NCBI GenBank assembly: GCA_977030845.1
Contig: OZ365113.1
Span: 31,434,001-31,498,000 of the forward strand
From: Fimbriosthenelais zetlandica
Lineage: Eukaryota
Length of the DNA: 64,000 bases
Direction of reading: 5' to 3'
Under the pieces are notes generated by a model that saw nothing but the letters and a program-made list of their open reading frames with translations, ran no database searches and was not told where the DNA came from. The position numbers and the translations under genes were made by a program. Below are positions 37,401-49,700 of this stretch, piece after piece (the first letter of the stretch is position 1; the number at the start of each line of letters is the position of its first letter).

Positions 37401-38160
37401 CAAAACGCGTAAAAAGATGGGCGCGTATGTCCCCATCTCGGGGTCAAAAGTCGCCGCCAAGTACCATACAATTATCACCGTTTCGTGCGTTACGCACATC
37501 CTGGCCGTGTTTCAATATAATTACGCTCTATAAAGTAATATTAAGACTATTGGATATGCATGTATAATGGAGCACATTTTACGTTGAAAAAACCATTCAC
37601 AGCGCTTTATATCTATAAATTTACCCTATTAATGAACATTTTAGATATGAACATAATTGATGACAACCTGTGCCTACATTGCTTTTCTCTTGGTCGTTAG
37701 CCTAATGCCTGAGAAATATGCCCTATATGAGAAACTGCCTGACTGATCGCGGTAAGGGGCGTTACTGACATGAAGGCGCAGTCTCACACGAACCTTTTCA
37801 CGACTACTTTACTGGTCATCGCCTGGACCAGGTTCTGACAGGCTGAAGGAGACAACAAGGGTGATTAGGTGCATCATCTCGAAAAGAGCGCAAAGCAGTG
37901 AAGGGGAGACTGTTTGCCCACAGTGAAATAGGCGCCACTACACAATGTCCGAAAGGAAAACCAAGCTTTATCAAACACAAAAACTGTTGTATTTTTGAGG
38001 GCCTTTTCGAGAAGATGACATGGAAATGTTTATGTCATCGTTGAAAAACTTTAAACAACGGAAAATACAAACAGACAGCCCATAAGAATCCATCGCAAAG
38101 AACTTTTTCTTGATAGAACTTATTCTTTTTACTGGGGGAGTTATCACTGAGTTCTTTGAG

Positions 38161-38322
38161 TTGGTCGCATCATTTAGGTGTGGCGCATCAATTGAAATTG
38201 GCGCATTTTAATTTAAATGGGCGCATCATTTTCAGTCTGGGTATCATTTTAGATTGACCTATCATTTTGTATGGACGCATCATTTTGCATTGGAACATCC
38301 TTAAGCATTATAGACGCACCTT
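38161..38322. repeat. Degenerate minisatellite, about 18-20 bp units with a GCGCATCATTT core
   Basis: About 8 imperfect copies: gtcgcatcattt, ggcgcatcaatt, ggcgcatttt, ggcgcatcattt, ggtatcattt, cctatcattt, gacgcatcattt... Confidence 0.65.
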
Positions 38323-41057
38323 ATAGTGAGCACTTGGTCTCCTCTCATGGTGTTCCTCTTATCATGATGTGGAGACATATCATCATATTACTGACTGGAA
38401 GAATTGTTTAGTTAAACTAAGGTGGGGGTTAAAATCTAGAGTACACATTGTGTTTGTCATACGGCATGGCTGATGATCCCTGCTCAACCATTTAGTATTT
38501 AGTGAGACTTTCTTCTTAGTTCTTCCCCCCTTCACTGTTTGTCCCTAATGCGTGATACGTTTCTACAATGGCCTAAGAGATTATTTTATTTTGTTCACTG
38601 GGTGAATTTAAATATAGATACAACAAAGAAATATGAAGAAGTTTCCGTAAGGAGAGCTTTGTGTATAGGGACTGCGAAATTTGAACTACAAAATGTATAG
38701 AGAATGGTTTGATATATGAAACAGTTATGGGATCGTACTTTCAATCTTAATATTTTCCAAATAGATTTTATTCACTGAACAACCCAATTGAAGTTGATAC
38801 TCCGTGAGAACATTATTTCTCTAGAAGTAATTCAACCAGGTTGTTCTACTTTCACAATAAAGCCCAGTTATTTCTCAAGGAATTTTGATATTTCTTCAGA
38901 ATGTTTTTGCTGGTAACAAAACAATATAATCAGGGCAGCGACGACCTTTTTGAGAAATTGGTAAATGGTATTGGTATGTATTTTGGCCTTGGGAATTGGG
39001 ATTGAGAATGGGATTTGGTGTAAAATTTCTTTCGGATCAGGGAAAATGGGATTCTGGAGGGGTTCTTCTCTACCCTGATGTAAGAAGCTTGGTGGCCGTC
39101 CCATGTTAGAACCCAGTAGTGAGGAATTTTAAGGGTATTATGCATGGAGACTGGAACCTCTCATTCTTGTCAAACTTCTATCAATCACCTGGCTTGTTTA
39201 CGCTGTCAGTCTTTTATCCAACTCCCTGCCACACCTCAAGATCTCGGTATCGTCTTTCACAATTGTTATTCTTAATCTCCAAACTTCAAAGAGAGATTGT
39301 GTACAAATGACCTCTAATATTAACCCGGGGTCGACCGCTTGTAGCTCGGTTTCCATCGAGAATATAAGCTTACGCTGCATTTGTATTTACCTGGATTCCG
39401 CCCAAGTACTTGGAAAGAATATCAAGTCGGAAAACGTGAGATGTACTGAATCATATTTTTACGGAAACCTTTTTGTTCATTGCCAGTGTCTCCCCGACAG
39501 CAGCTGTTTCAGACCAATCCATTCTAATTTAAATTCAGGAAATTCTAGAATGAAAACATCATTAGGTAGGCCTAATTGGTTTCAATCTTTATTTAATGTC
39601 GGCTTATGTCTCAATTTTACATATAATAGACGCAATTGCCTATAAGAAAAGACGCATATTTCTTCAAACCTTTTGTAGTGGGAAAATTTAAAATCATAAT
39701 ATTTCATTGTTTATTCGTGAGTAATGTGTAATTTTATTCATTTCATTGCTTGGTACAAAAAGGTATACAAACCTTTGTGCTGTGCTGAATAAACACCAGT
39801 GGTAAAGATATCACTCATTACGGTTAAACCCCATGTCCACTCAACCGTTTACTTAACGTACGTCCGTCGTATGCGTCAGACGTACAGGTTGAGTGGGTAC
39901 GGGTCGTTAGAAACACACCGTGCGTGCAACTCTCAAACTTCATACTTACTCCACATTTCCTCTCAACAGTGATTCATACATATACATGCATCCAATTATT
40001 TTCAAGACTGGGATATAATTATATTAAGCAAAGAGTGTTTAGAAAATTTGTAAAAAAATGCCAATAGATTCCAGGATTCTTTTCCTTTTAAAATCGGAGG
40101 CTCACAATCAGCAGCCCGGGATCACAGTACATGTACATGATTTGTCCTCAAATACTAACATTATTCATAATATTATATTTTACATGTGCTGCATTAGATT
40201 TACACACAAACAGGCTCTCAGCAGCATAGTGTAGCATTCAATGCAATACATATTAGATTCTACAGCTTATACGGCAGAATCACACTATAGTCTCGGTCAT
40301 TTACATGCCTATAGCATAGTATAAGAGTGTTTCTGGAGGGCTCAGATTTGTGACAGAAATTCACCCAATGACACATCTATTTTTTCTGGAAACTTTGTGC
40401 CAAAAGATTGGTAAATTCTATTTACAGTTCGTGTATTCACAGAAGATTTATCAGTTTGATTTGTGAATTTCACAACTAAGTGAATTACTGCTTCACACGT
40501 GTAGAAATGTAAATGTAGGCTAACAACTAACATCCATACTTTTATAAATATAATAAAATATATACCATAGATTTCACAGGTAAGTACATGTAGCAGGAAA
40601 TTAATCACAAAAGTATACAGAAAGAATGCAAGATTTATTTTGAGATTTTTTTCTTTTTCTCAAAGGAGTAGACTCACTATAATCTTTGCGACTATTTACC
40701 ACTGCATAGACACTTGAATTAGCTAATTACTAAACGAAATTAATAACTATGCAACGCATTTTTGTGTGCATACATTACATATTTGATCTCATCAATCAAT
40801 CAATATTTTGAATTTGTAACCATATACAGTGTAAATTGAAACTTCTCGCCAACGAATCTTTTACCTATGTCTGTAGTTAACTAATTTCTTTTAAGGAATT
40901 TTTCAATTAGCAAATAATAGCTGAACCGAACTCTTCATAAATATAGAGATTTTCCGTCATATATAAAAAAAATCTTAGACAAGGAGCGATCCCTCCGTCA
41001 CATCCCTACCCTCCGTTAATAAGTATAATATAATGACCAATAATCCCCAATTGATGA

Positions 41058-44024
41058 CTACTCAAGAATTATTTGTGCTTCTTTTCCTTCCAGCACGGGT
41101 GGTTTAGGTCCATGTGTCAGATCGTATTCTCGACGTAGGAAACCAAAGAGCAGATCTGTGATCAGGGTTATCTGTCAACAAAAAGGTGAGAACAAATTAC
41201 ACAATTTTTCAAACAGATAAGTTTAGATAAGTTCATAAAAGTACCAAATTTTTCAATTTGAAAAGTGTTTGTGAGGGATCATGAATTTTACCTGGGCTGT
41301 CGAATATACCAATGACATGGCAAAGTAGAAGTTGGCGTTAGCGCTGCCCGAATAGATCCACAAATGGTAAAGAATTGGTCCCAGTACAGTACACACGATG
41401 TACATACAAGTCACAACAAATGTGTTACGCATATCTGGAAAAGAAAAGTTCTGGAATTAATATCCGAGATCCTCAAATTCATCCGGGATATAGACTCTTA
41501 AACTGAGAGATAAATTCCTAGATTGAGTGTGAATAATAATTTTGATCTAATAGAAAATAGTGCATGAAGTTTCAGAAATACTTACAAGAGAAAGTGAACC
41601 TCCAGAGAGGCAGGAGAGACAGGTAGAGGGCCACGTCAGCGTAGGAAGGGTAGGACTTAAAGATGGACATTAATCCTAATAACATGTACATCAGGAACAT
41701 AGGGTGGTCCCTGAAAATGTGACAGAATATTAGTCTCTAATAATCCCAACCCAACTCTCACTATAAAGAGAGAAATTATTTCATTTCACTGTTAAAAAGA
41801 GCTGTCAAATCACTAACCTTAATTTGACAGCCAGGGGGACGGTGTAAATGAAGGCGTTGATTTGGAAGACAGCAATAAAGAATGTACGGAAATGGTCAAA
41901 CATCTCAGTGAAGAAATACCAGAAAACCCCCATGTTTGGTGTGAGGTCCGAGACTGATAATCTGTAAAGAGTTATGGATACAAAGATTAATGAGGGAGTA
42001 AGCTTATTGAGCAGTAAGGCCCTTATTTGAAGATTATTCCAAAATTGATTCTAACACTGACTAGACGAATATTTTTCATTATTAATATCACTGGAATCTA
42101 CAAAACAAAGATGGTTTACTTACATGAAACCATAGGTTCCTCTGAGGAAACCCCATGAACCAGTGATGAAGTAGGACACATAGAGTAAAGCCCACCACAT
42201 GAGGAGCATTAGACCCACAGTCGGCCCCAGGCTGGATACAGACAGTCGGTTCATTTCTGGACGCCTCAAATTTAACTAAAAATACCAAAAAAAACACAGT
42301 ATAATCGCATCATATTCAATAGATACGTGAGTTCATATCAAAATGTATTAGATAATTAGGTTAATTGGGTTCATTACCTGGGCTATAAATAAGGCAGTAG
42401 GTACTACAAGCATAACGGGATACAGTGATATGTAGGCTGCTAGAGCGATGAAGAAACATGCTTTGACTCGAGCCCCTGAAAAATAGGAAAAAAATGTATA
42501 GTTGTACATACATGTATTGAAAAATAATGATATTTATATCAAATGACCAATATTGTTAATCTTGCTCTCGATTCCAAATCGTTAGGTCTTTATTAATTTA
42601 CATGACAAAGAAAAGTCTTATGATGTGTTCAACTAATCCTACCTTGTAATGTATGTAATATTGCAAGGGCGATGGTTAAATTGTTGAAAACAGCTGTGGA
42701 TTTAGCCAGACAGCAAGCAATGGTGTACGGATTTAGCATGTACCTGGAGTGGAAGGAAATTAGGTTTGAGTAAGATCAATTATTATGAATAGTTTGTTCC
42801 TCCAATATTTCAAATATTGATTTATAAAAGCTCAACTATGTGTTAGTAGAATGTCACTAAAATACTCACGCGGCTATCACATAGAGTCTTATTGGAAACA
42901 GATCTTCTGATTTTAGGATGAGGGAAGTGGATTCTGTAGAGATTTTCTTGATATCTGACGTCTGTTTTAAGAGCTGGCAAAAATATATTTCATAGAAGAT
43001 AAATAATTTAATTCATTATTGATGACACATACAGGTCTATAACACATATTGACATAGCAAAAATATAACTGAGATATATGGATATTTTTTAAGGAATTTG
43101 TTGAATTTTAAACTTACCATGTATCTTGAGAAGTTCTTAGCTATTCGTTCTAAGACTATGGCAGTCAGTACATCTGCAACCTGAAAATTAAGAGAGATAA
43201 TTGCTAGCTGATTTAAGTTCACAATCTTGTCACTATGGGGAGACACTCCCTTGCCTTGGAAACATTCGTAAAATGATTCATAACCCCACCTAGTATCTCC
43301 TCCCGACATTATATTTTCTAACATGATCCCAAACTATGGATGTATTATTGACACGTGAAATAATATTTAGGAACCTACTCACCACAAACAAATAAAACAG
43401 TGACTTGCCAAATACATTGTTCAGGTAATTGAAGAAATGGAGCATGAGTGGCATCTGCAAAAAAAAAATACAAGAATATAACGTACAGTACCCGGTATCC
43501 AACATGTTGAATATTTTAAATCAAATTGAAAATGACATAGGCTTAGCCAAACAATTATCACTTACTTCGTGGAATAAATCCCCTGCATAAGGCGAGAGAC
43601 CAGCTTTGTGGAGTGCAAGCCCTTCCGTTACTAGATAAAGAACAAAACACAACATAGTTAGTGAAGTAATAAATATTGTAATTAATAGAAATACATATAG
43701 ACATAACCGTTAGTCATTTCAGGCCTCTGACTCGGCAGTGGTCTAATAATGATTGCCGCAAAACGAACTCGGGCAGGCGGCCCGGCCAGTCACTGTGTCA
43801 GTCAGTCGGGAGTGGGAACGACCCGGCCCCGGGAGTTGGGACATAAATATTACCGACATTTTTGCTGAAATTAGGTGGATTTATTCAAACTTACCTCTTT
43901 TCCATGATGTTAGAGGTGTTGCTATTTCTGTCCGATCAGACAACCAATCGATTAAATCAGGGGTTGCTAGCCAAACACGAAGAAATATTCCCACGCCAAA
44001 CGTCAACAGCAAAGGCACCGCCAT
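41058..44024 (-). CDS. PIGU: GPI transamidase subunit PIG-U (436 aa, 12 exons)
   Basis: Exons (- strand): 44024-43895, 43630-43566, 43454-43383, 43180-43118, 42973-42870, 42743-42643, 42475-42378, 42275-42124, 41961-41818, 41710-41586, 41434-41292, 41171-41058; total 1311 nt in frame. Motifs match PIG-U as I recall it: PLTSWKR, EGL...[57 protein letters not shown]. Confidence 0.95.
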
Positions 44025-44470
44025 CTTGGAATGGAAATGGTAAAACACAGACTTGACAAACCAGTTGCAACGCTTAAAGTGCAATGAAAATTCCCTAGGG
44101 GTCGGCAGTTGCGGTGCATTGCATTAGGTGTAAAAATTCTCTCTTCTCATTAAAATGAATTCATTATATTTAATTAGATTTTATATGTTCTGTAATTTGA
44201 GATGTAGCCATTTTGGGCCTTTAATAAATGGGATTTTGAACAGTTTTAGATCTGGATCTAGTGTCAGAAAGTAACACTAGGTGGCTGTCGGTAGAGGATA
44301 CCAGTCAGCCAAGCAGACGTTACACATGACCGCTGCACAGTCAAGTCTCCTCTAAACACAGTACATGTTCCTCTCCCATTACCGCTAAATATATTAAAAT
44401 ATCTTGCTCTACGAAAGAAAAAGACGTATATTTGTGGTATACCGGTCGTTCGTGCTTCTGACGTCCATAG
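44025..44470. promoter_or_regulatory. Bidirectional promoter shared by PIGU (-) and the nucleotidase gene (+), including the + non-coding first exon ending at 44470
   Basis: Head-to-head arrangement. A YY1-like AAGATGGCG overlaps the PIGU ATG. A consensus donor CATAG|GTGAGT lies at 44470/44471. Confidence 0.6.
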
Positions 44471-46759
44471 GTGAGTAGATATTTGTGCGTTGTGTGTCGG
44501 TCGGGGGTAGGGGTCAGGTGTCGGGGGTAGGTCTACGTATAGCCTAGGTAGGCCTACTCACAGTAGTAGTACTTGCAGTCTGCAGCCCAGCCCCAGGTTA
44601 TGTTATTGTGGGAGCTTTACATAGGAATGGGAGGAGTAGTTGGGGTAGTTTATTATCACAAACAGAGCTCGTCCCTGGTAGATTGTACAGCTGTTAGATT
44701 ACCTTAGATTGTCATTTTGGTAGTCTCAATCTCTCATGATGAAGGCCCTGTTTTATCTTATTTTGGAATGTGTACGGTAATTGGAATGCCTGAGGCATTG
44801 GATGCCAGCCAGTGCACTAACTTATGCATGCATGGCCAGACTGAGACAGACTATTTTCCCCGAGAATGCCCTATCCTATAGTCTATACTATATAACAATG
44901 GTTATGAGATTGATCAAAGCTCAAACTGCTGAAATGAGAAAGGACTGATATAATATATATATTATATATATATTATATAGCATGGACCATGGTTCCACTT
45001 GCCAAATTCATTCTTTTCATGATCGACTCAGTAACGTTACTATAATTATCTCAGACAGGTGAGGCTTTGAATTGATGTGGAAGTTTTGATGCTTGGTCCT
45101 GTCTCAGGTCTAACACTCCCTACCTGCTAAAGCTGGTGCTGCAGGTAATAGCCTATACCTGGAATGATGAAGGTTAAATATAAGCCACAGAAAGATTACC
45201 GGTACTTTTAAAAGAGATCCAAGAAAATTTATATTACCGTAGCCTACCCAGTACATCCTAAAAATGTTGTCAGAACTAAAAAATCAGAAACAAATCTTAA
45301 TCAGCCTCCTGAATCTGATATTTACATTCATTTTTAAATAAACAAATATCTAATGAATAATCAACTTTTCCTTAAAATGTATAAAAATTTTGTATGTTTA
45401 TAAATTTCTATGGGCCCTCAAAAATTATACTTGTGCATGTGTTTAGGTCCATTTTCAGGCCATGTTGAGGTGACACGACTTACACAATTCTAACAACTTC
45501 CAGCATGGGTTGTGGAAAGAGTTACCCACTGGGTGAAGGTGAGAGGATGGCCCTAGTTGCAAAATGTGTGAAAAGTAAAACATAAAAATTAACCATTAAA
45601 GTGTGTAAGTCTCGAGTGATATAATTGTGTATTGACATTTTCAATATAAATCGGCATTAATTTTGTTTATAAAACAATGAGTTTGCAATATTATACCGAT
45701 AACTTTGAATAAACTCTTATTACACCTTTGATAACATTTGTGAGATTTTGTGTGCAGAGCCAATTTTAAGGAAATTTCATTTTGGGTTGAATGGTAGACT
45801 AGTTGCCTCTGTCCCTGATCTTTTAATTATATACATGTTCATGAATTCCTGTACCGGTATATTAATAATAGTTCATATGGTTTCTATTATATCCACAGTG
45901 CTTGTAACCTCTGTGGCAAGCCAGTCATTCGGTTTTGTTCTTTCGTTTGTGTGTGTGTTTGTATGGAGATTGGTCCATCTCTGGTTATGTCATGTTTAGA
46001 TTAATCTGTGTAGGATATTCATTTTAATAACTTAAGTTTGTTTTTGCATTTTTTATGATATATAACTGAGTTTTGTGGTGCGAATTAGTCTAATTTTTCA
46101 GCCATAGTGAATGTCTATTCTTGTATGTAAAACCAGTCTAATTTAATCCCCTGTAAATCTTTTATATGCAATGTTCCGTGAATTTATACTGACTATGATA
46201 TATTGATTTTTCTGCTTGGAAGAACAGATACTTTATTCATTGCAATTAATGTCCATCTCGACCTATAGGCATGTACGATTTCCAGTGAAAGGCTGTGAGG
46301 TTTTCTCTGAATGCCATTGATTCTCAATCTAAGAGATTTTCCCCTTTATTAAAGATACTGTTAGGAATACAAAAAACGTGTTCACAGCCTTTGAGATTGT
46401 CTTTCAGGCCCAGTCAAGCATGGCCATACCACCCTGAACTGAAGCATGTCCCACCTCATGAATGACCCTTTTCTACCTGTCTGAGAATGTTCCTGGCCCA
46501 CCCTTGATCTAGCCTGAATGTCCATGTTACCTAGCATTAACTAACATGTCCCCACTCCATGTAAAACTGAATCACAACCTGTCATGATCCAAATGGAAGC
46601 CTTTGTCATTGACGTATGTTTGTATGACCCATTTTTATATACCTTGTGTCCTTAGGTGGGGAGAACCAGTCCAATAATGATCAGGCTCTCTCCATAGACA
46701 TCAAGGATCCCAACCAACACACTGTCAACAACTTGGGCTGCACAGGACCTAAAGCCAAG

Positions 46760-49700
46760 ATGGGGAAAGATAGTGACTCCATCACCATTCTCCATTTTAA
46801 TGATGTCTATAATATTGAGCCCCGGGACCAGGACCCTGTCGGGGGAGCAGCTCGCTTTGTCACTGCTCTTCGCTCACATCATGAAGAAAACCCTCTGGTT
46901 CTCTTCTCAGGAGATGCCTTCAACCCTTCTCTCAGTGAGTACCCTATTTTTTTTTGTTTTGGGGTTTAATTTTATTTTATGTTAAAAAATTACTTAATGT
47001 TGCATAGAAAATGTGTCTTGCGAACTATGTACATCCCAGAAGTTGTCCTGAAAGACATTTTAGAAATTATTGGGATGTTTTGAGACTTCTTGGGAGGCCT
47101 TGGTGACTAGATTTACAAAAAAAATCAAAGCACCCATTGTAGACTTGGAGGGTTGACATGTATATCCAAGTGTTTCATTTATACCTTCATATATTAATTT
47201 GTATCGCAGCAAATGTTCTGCGAAAAACACAGGGGTTCCTATTGTTTGTGGAATGTCAGAACAAACACTTATAAATGTATTCTTATCAGACATGTTAGAC
47301 AAATAATTTGACAAATGTACAATGGCTGCATGTCATTTGGTAACCATTTATCATTCACTCTCCCAAGCAACCTTGAATCTCCTTCTTACAATCCCTTTAG
47401 ACATATTAACCTCACTATTATTTGAAATAGGTCAATGATACTCCAGTGATAACTTAGCAACTTTGGTACTGATTTGTATGATAAAGATCTATGATTAAAA
47501 TCACTGTGAACCATAAGCCCACTTTTAGATATTTTAATGCAACCCCAGTCTCTTCCACCCTTCCTCTCCCTCTCACGTTCCCCCTCTCCCTCCCTCCCCC
47601 CTTCCCCCACCCTCCCTCTCCCCCTCCAGAGTCAATTCACTTCCAGCGCATCCTTCAAGAAACCTTAGAGTAAGAAGAAACTTTCTCCATCCTAACAGAT
47701 ATGTGCACCACTAGCCCCAAAATTGATATAATCAGAATAAGTCATTCAGAGCTATAAAAGTGTATAAATAATAAAACCTCGTAAATAGACTGACATGGTG
47801 TGGTGATAGCCGGGCTATTACCAGTCTGTATATGAGCCACTATTTCCTCCATGATTGACTCTACATAATGTAGGGGTCCTGCTCCCACTGTACCAGGGCA
47901 AGGGGGTAACAATGATAGCTCCAAATACCAACTAATGGCTGGCCATTTCTCCCATTGTCTCGACAGAGTGCCATTAAGTGATTATGGCCTTTGACCACTT
48001 CTCATGTCATATTCATATAAATAATCTTCAAATATCAAATACTTGGTTCTGGATTGCGGGAATGATTATTTCAAGCGTCAGGGTTAATGGAGATATAAAA
48101 ACTTCTCAATCACGTAATAATACATGAAATAAATATGTACAATTAGAAATAATTAATGAAAATAATATCCAATTTAATATCTTAATTCGTTAGAATTTAA
48201 AGGTGTTAGACAATGGAGATTAAACCCTCCCATGAATATAAAGTAGTATTTTGAATGTTCTTTTCAATAGCGGATTTAAACACGTTTTGTATTGTAAAGT
48301 TTTCACACTACAGAATAAATCACCGAAATCAGAACAACAAAACAATATAATCCCCGCATTCTTCTTTCCTTCCTTTCAAGGAAAACATTAAACAATAGAC
48401 CCTCACTGTTGCTGCTACCAGCCAAGCATAAACATAAAATAATATACATGTACATAAAAGCATTGTAAAAAAAATCTGTTTATAACTTGTATATTTGTAC
48501 GTCAGTCTTATCCGTCTATACATGTATATGAGCCCTTCCCTAGTGATACAAGTGGGGAATATATATATGAATACCACTAGATCTGTGAAGAAGATCCTAC
48601 TCGATAGATTACATATACATGTAAATGTAATTCTATACCTTTATGTTCTACGCTACGGAACTAAATCACGACTGGTCATAAAAGGCCGCCAAAAGTTCAT
48701 CTACTAAAATAAAACGTGATAAGTACAGTAAATCCGTAATAAAAATTGTATTAAATGCAAGATCTGTCATAAATATGTACCGGTACAGGAGTTGTTCTGA
48801 ATTACTCTGTACATACATGTCTGTTTCTTGTTTCTACCCCTTCATCCACTGCGGCGAAAGTGTCGTACGACAGCAGTCCCATGCGACACGCTTTTCGCCG
48901 CAGTGGAATCCCACCTTTCGCCACTACAGATTCTTCTCTGTCTCACTTGTTTGACTTTGATTAATGACATTTTTCCCTGTTTATTTCTAACAGTGAGTTC
49001 CATCACGAAGGGCAAGCAGATGGTGCCCGTGTTAAATGCTATGAACATTCAATGTGCCTGTTATGGAAATCATGACTTCGGTAAGCTGAATATATATATA
49101 TATTTCAATAATTTACTTGATACACATGTATTTCACTAAATTCACAAAAAATAATCGGTGAATATGAATACTTGAAGGGAGTGATATTGAAAATGAAATT
49201 GGTATATATATTTTTCAGATTTTGGTGTGGATGTTCTTTCTAAAATGGCAGCCCAGTGCAACTTCCCATGGCTTCTTGCCAATGTCTATGACAATCTATC
49301 AGAAAAAATACTGGCTGATGGAATACCAACAAAAATGATAGAATGGCAGGGGAAAAAGGTATAGATATAGATTTTTATCTTTTCATACTATTCCCCGTCT
49401 TTATGGGTTCCCAAGATTGAATTCATGGAATTTAATATTCTGTTATTAATCATTATTTTTTCTGTTTGTAGATAGGATTAATAGGTCTAGTAGAGGAAGA
49501 ATGGATCGCCACTTTAGCCACGCTTGATGCTGATGATATCACATTCATTGATTATGTAAAAGAAGGTCGAAGACTGGGTCAACAATTACGAGATCAGGTA
49601 ATCTTCAGCTTTGTACAACTATTTTTATATATAGCTTCATTCTTTGAGTGTGCATTATCAATATGATATAATGATAAGTGTACTAATTGACCTCTATATA

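Noticed and set aside
37082-37567. 161-aa ORF upstream of FoxQ1
   Set aside because: No recognisable domain or exon structure, and its composition resembles translated non-coding DNA.
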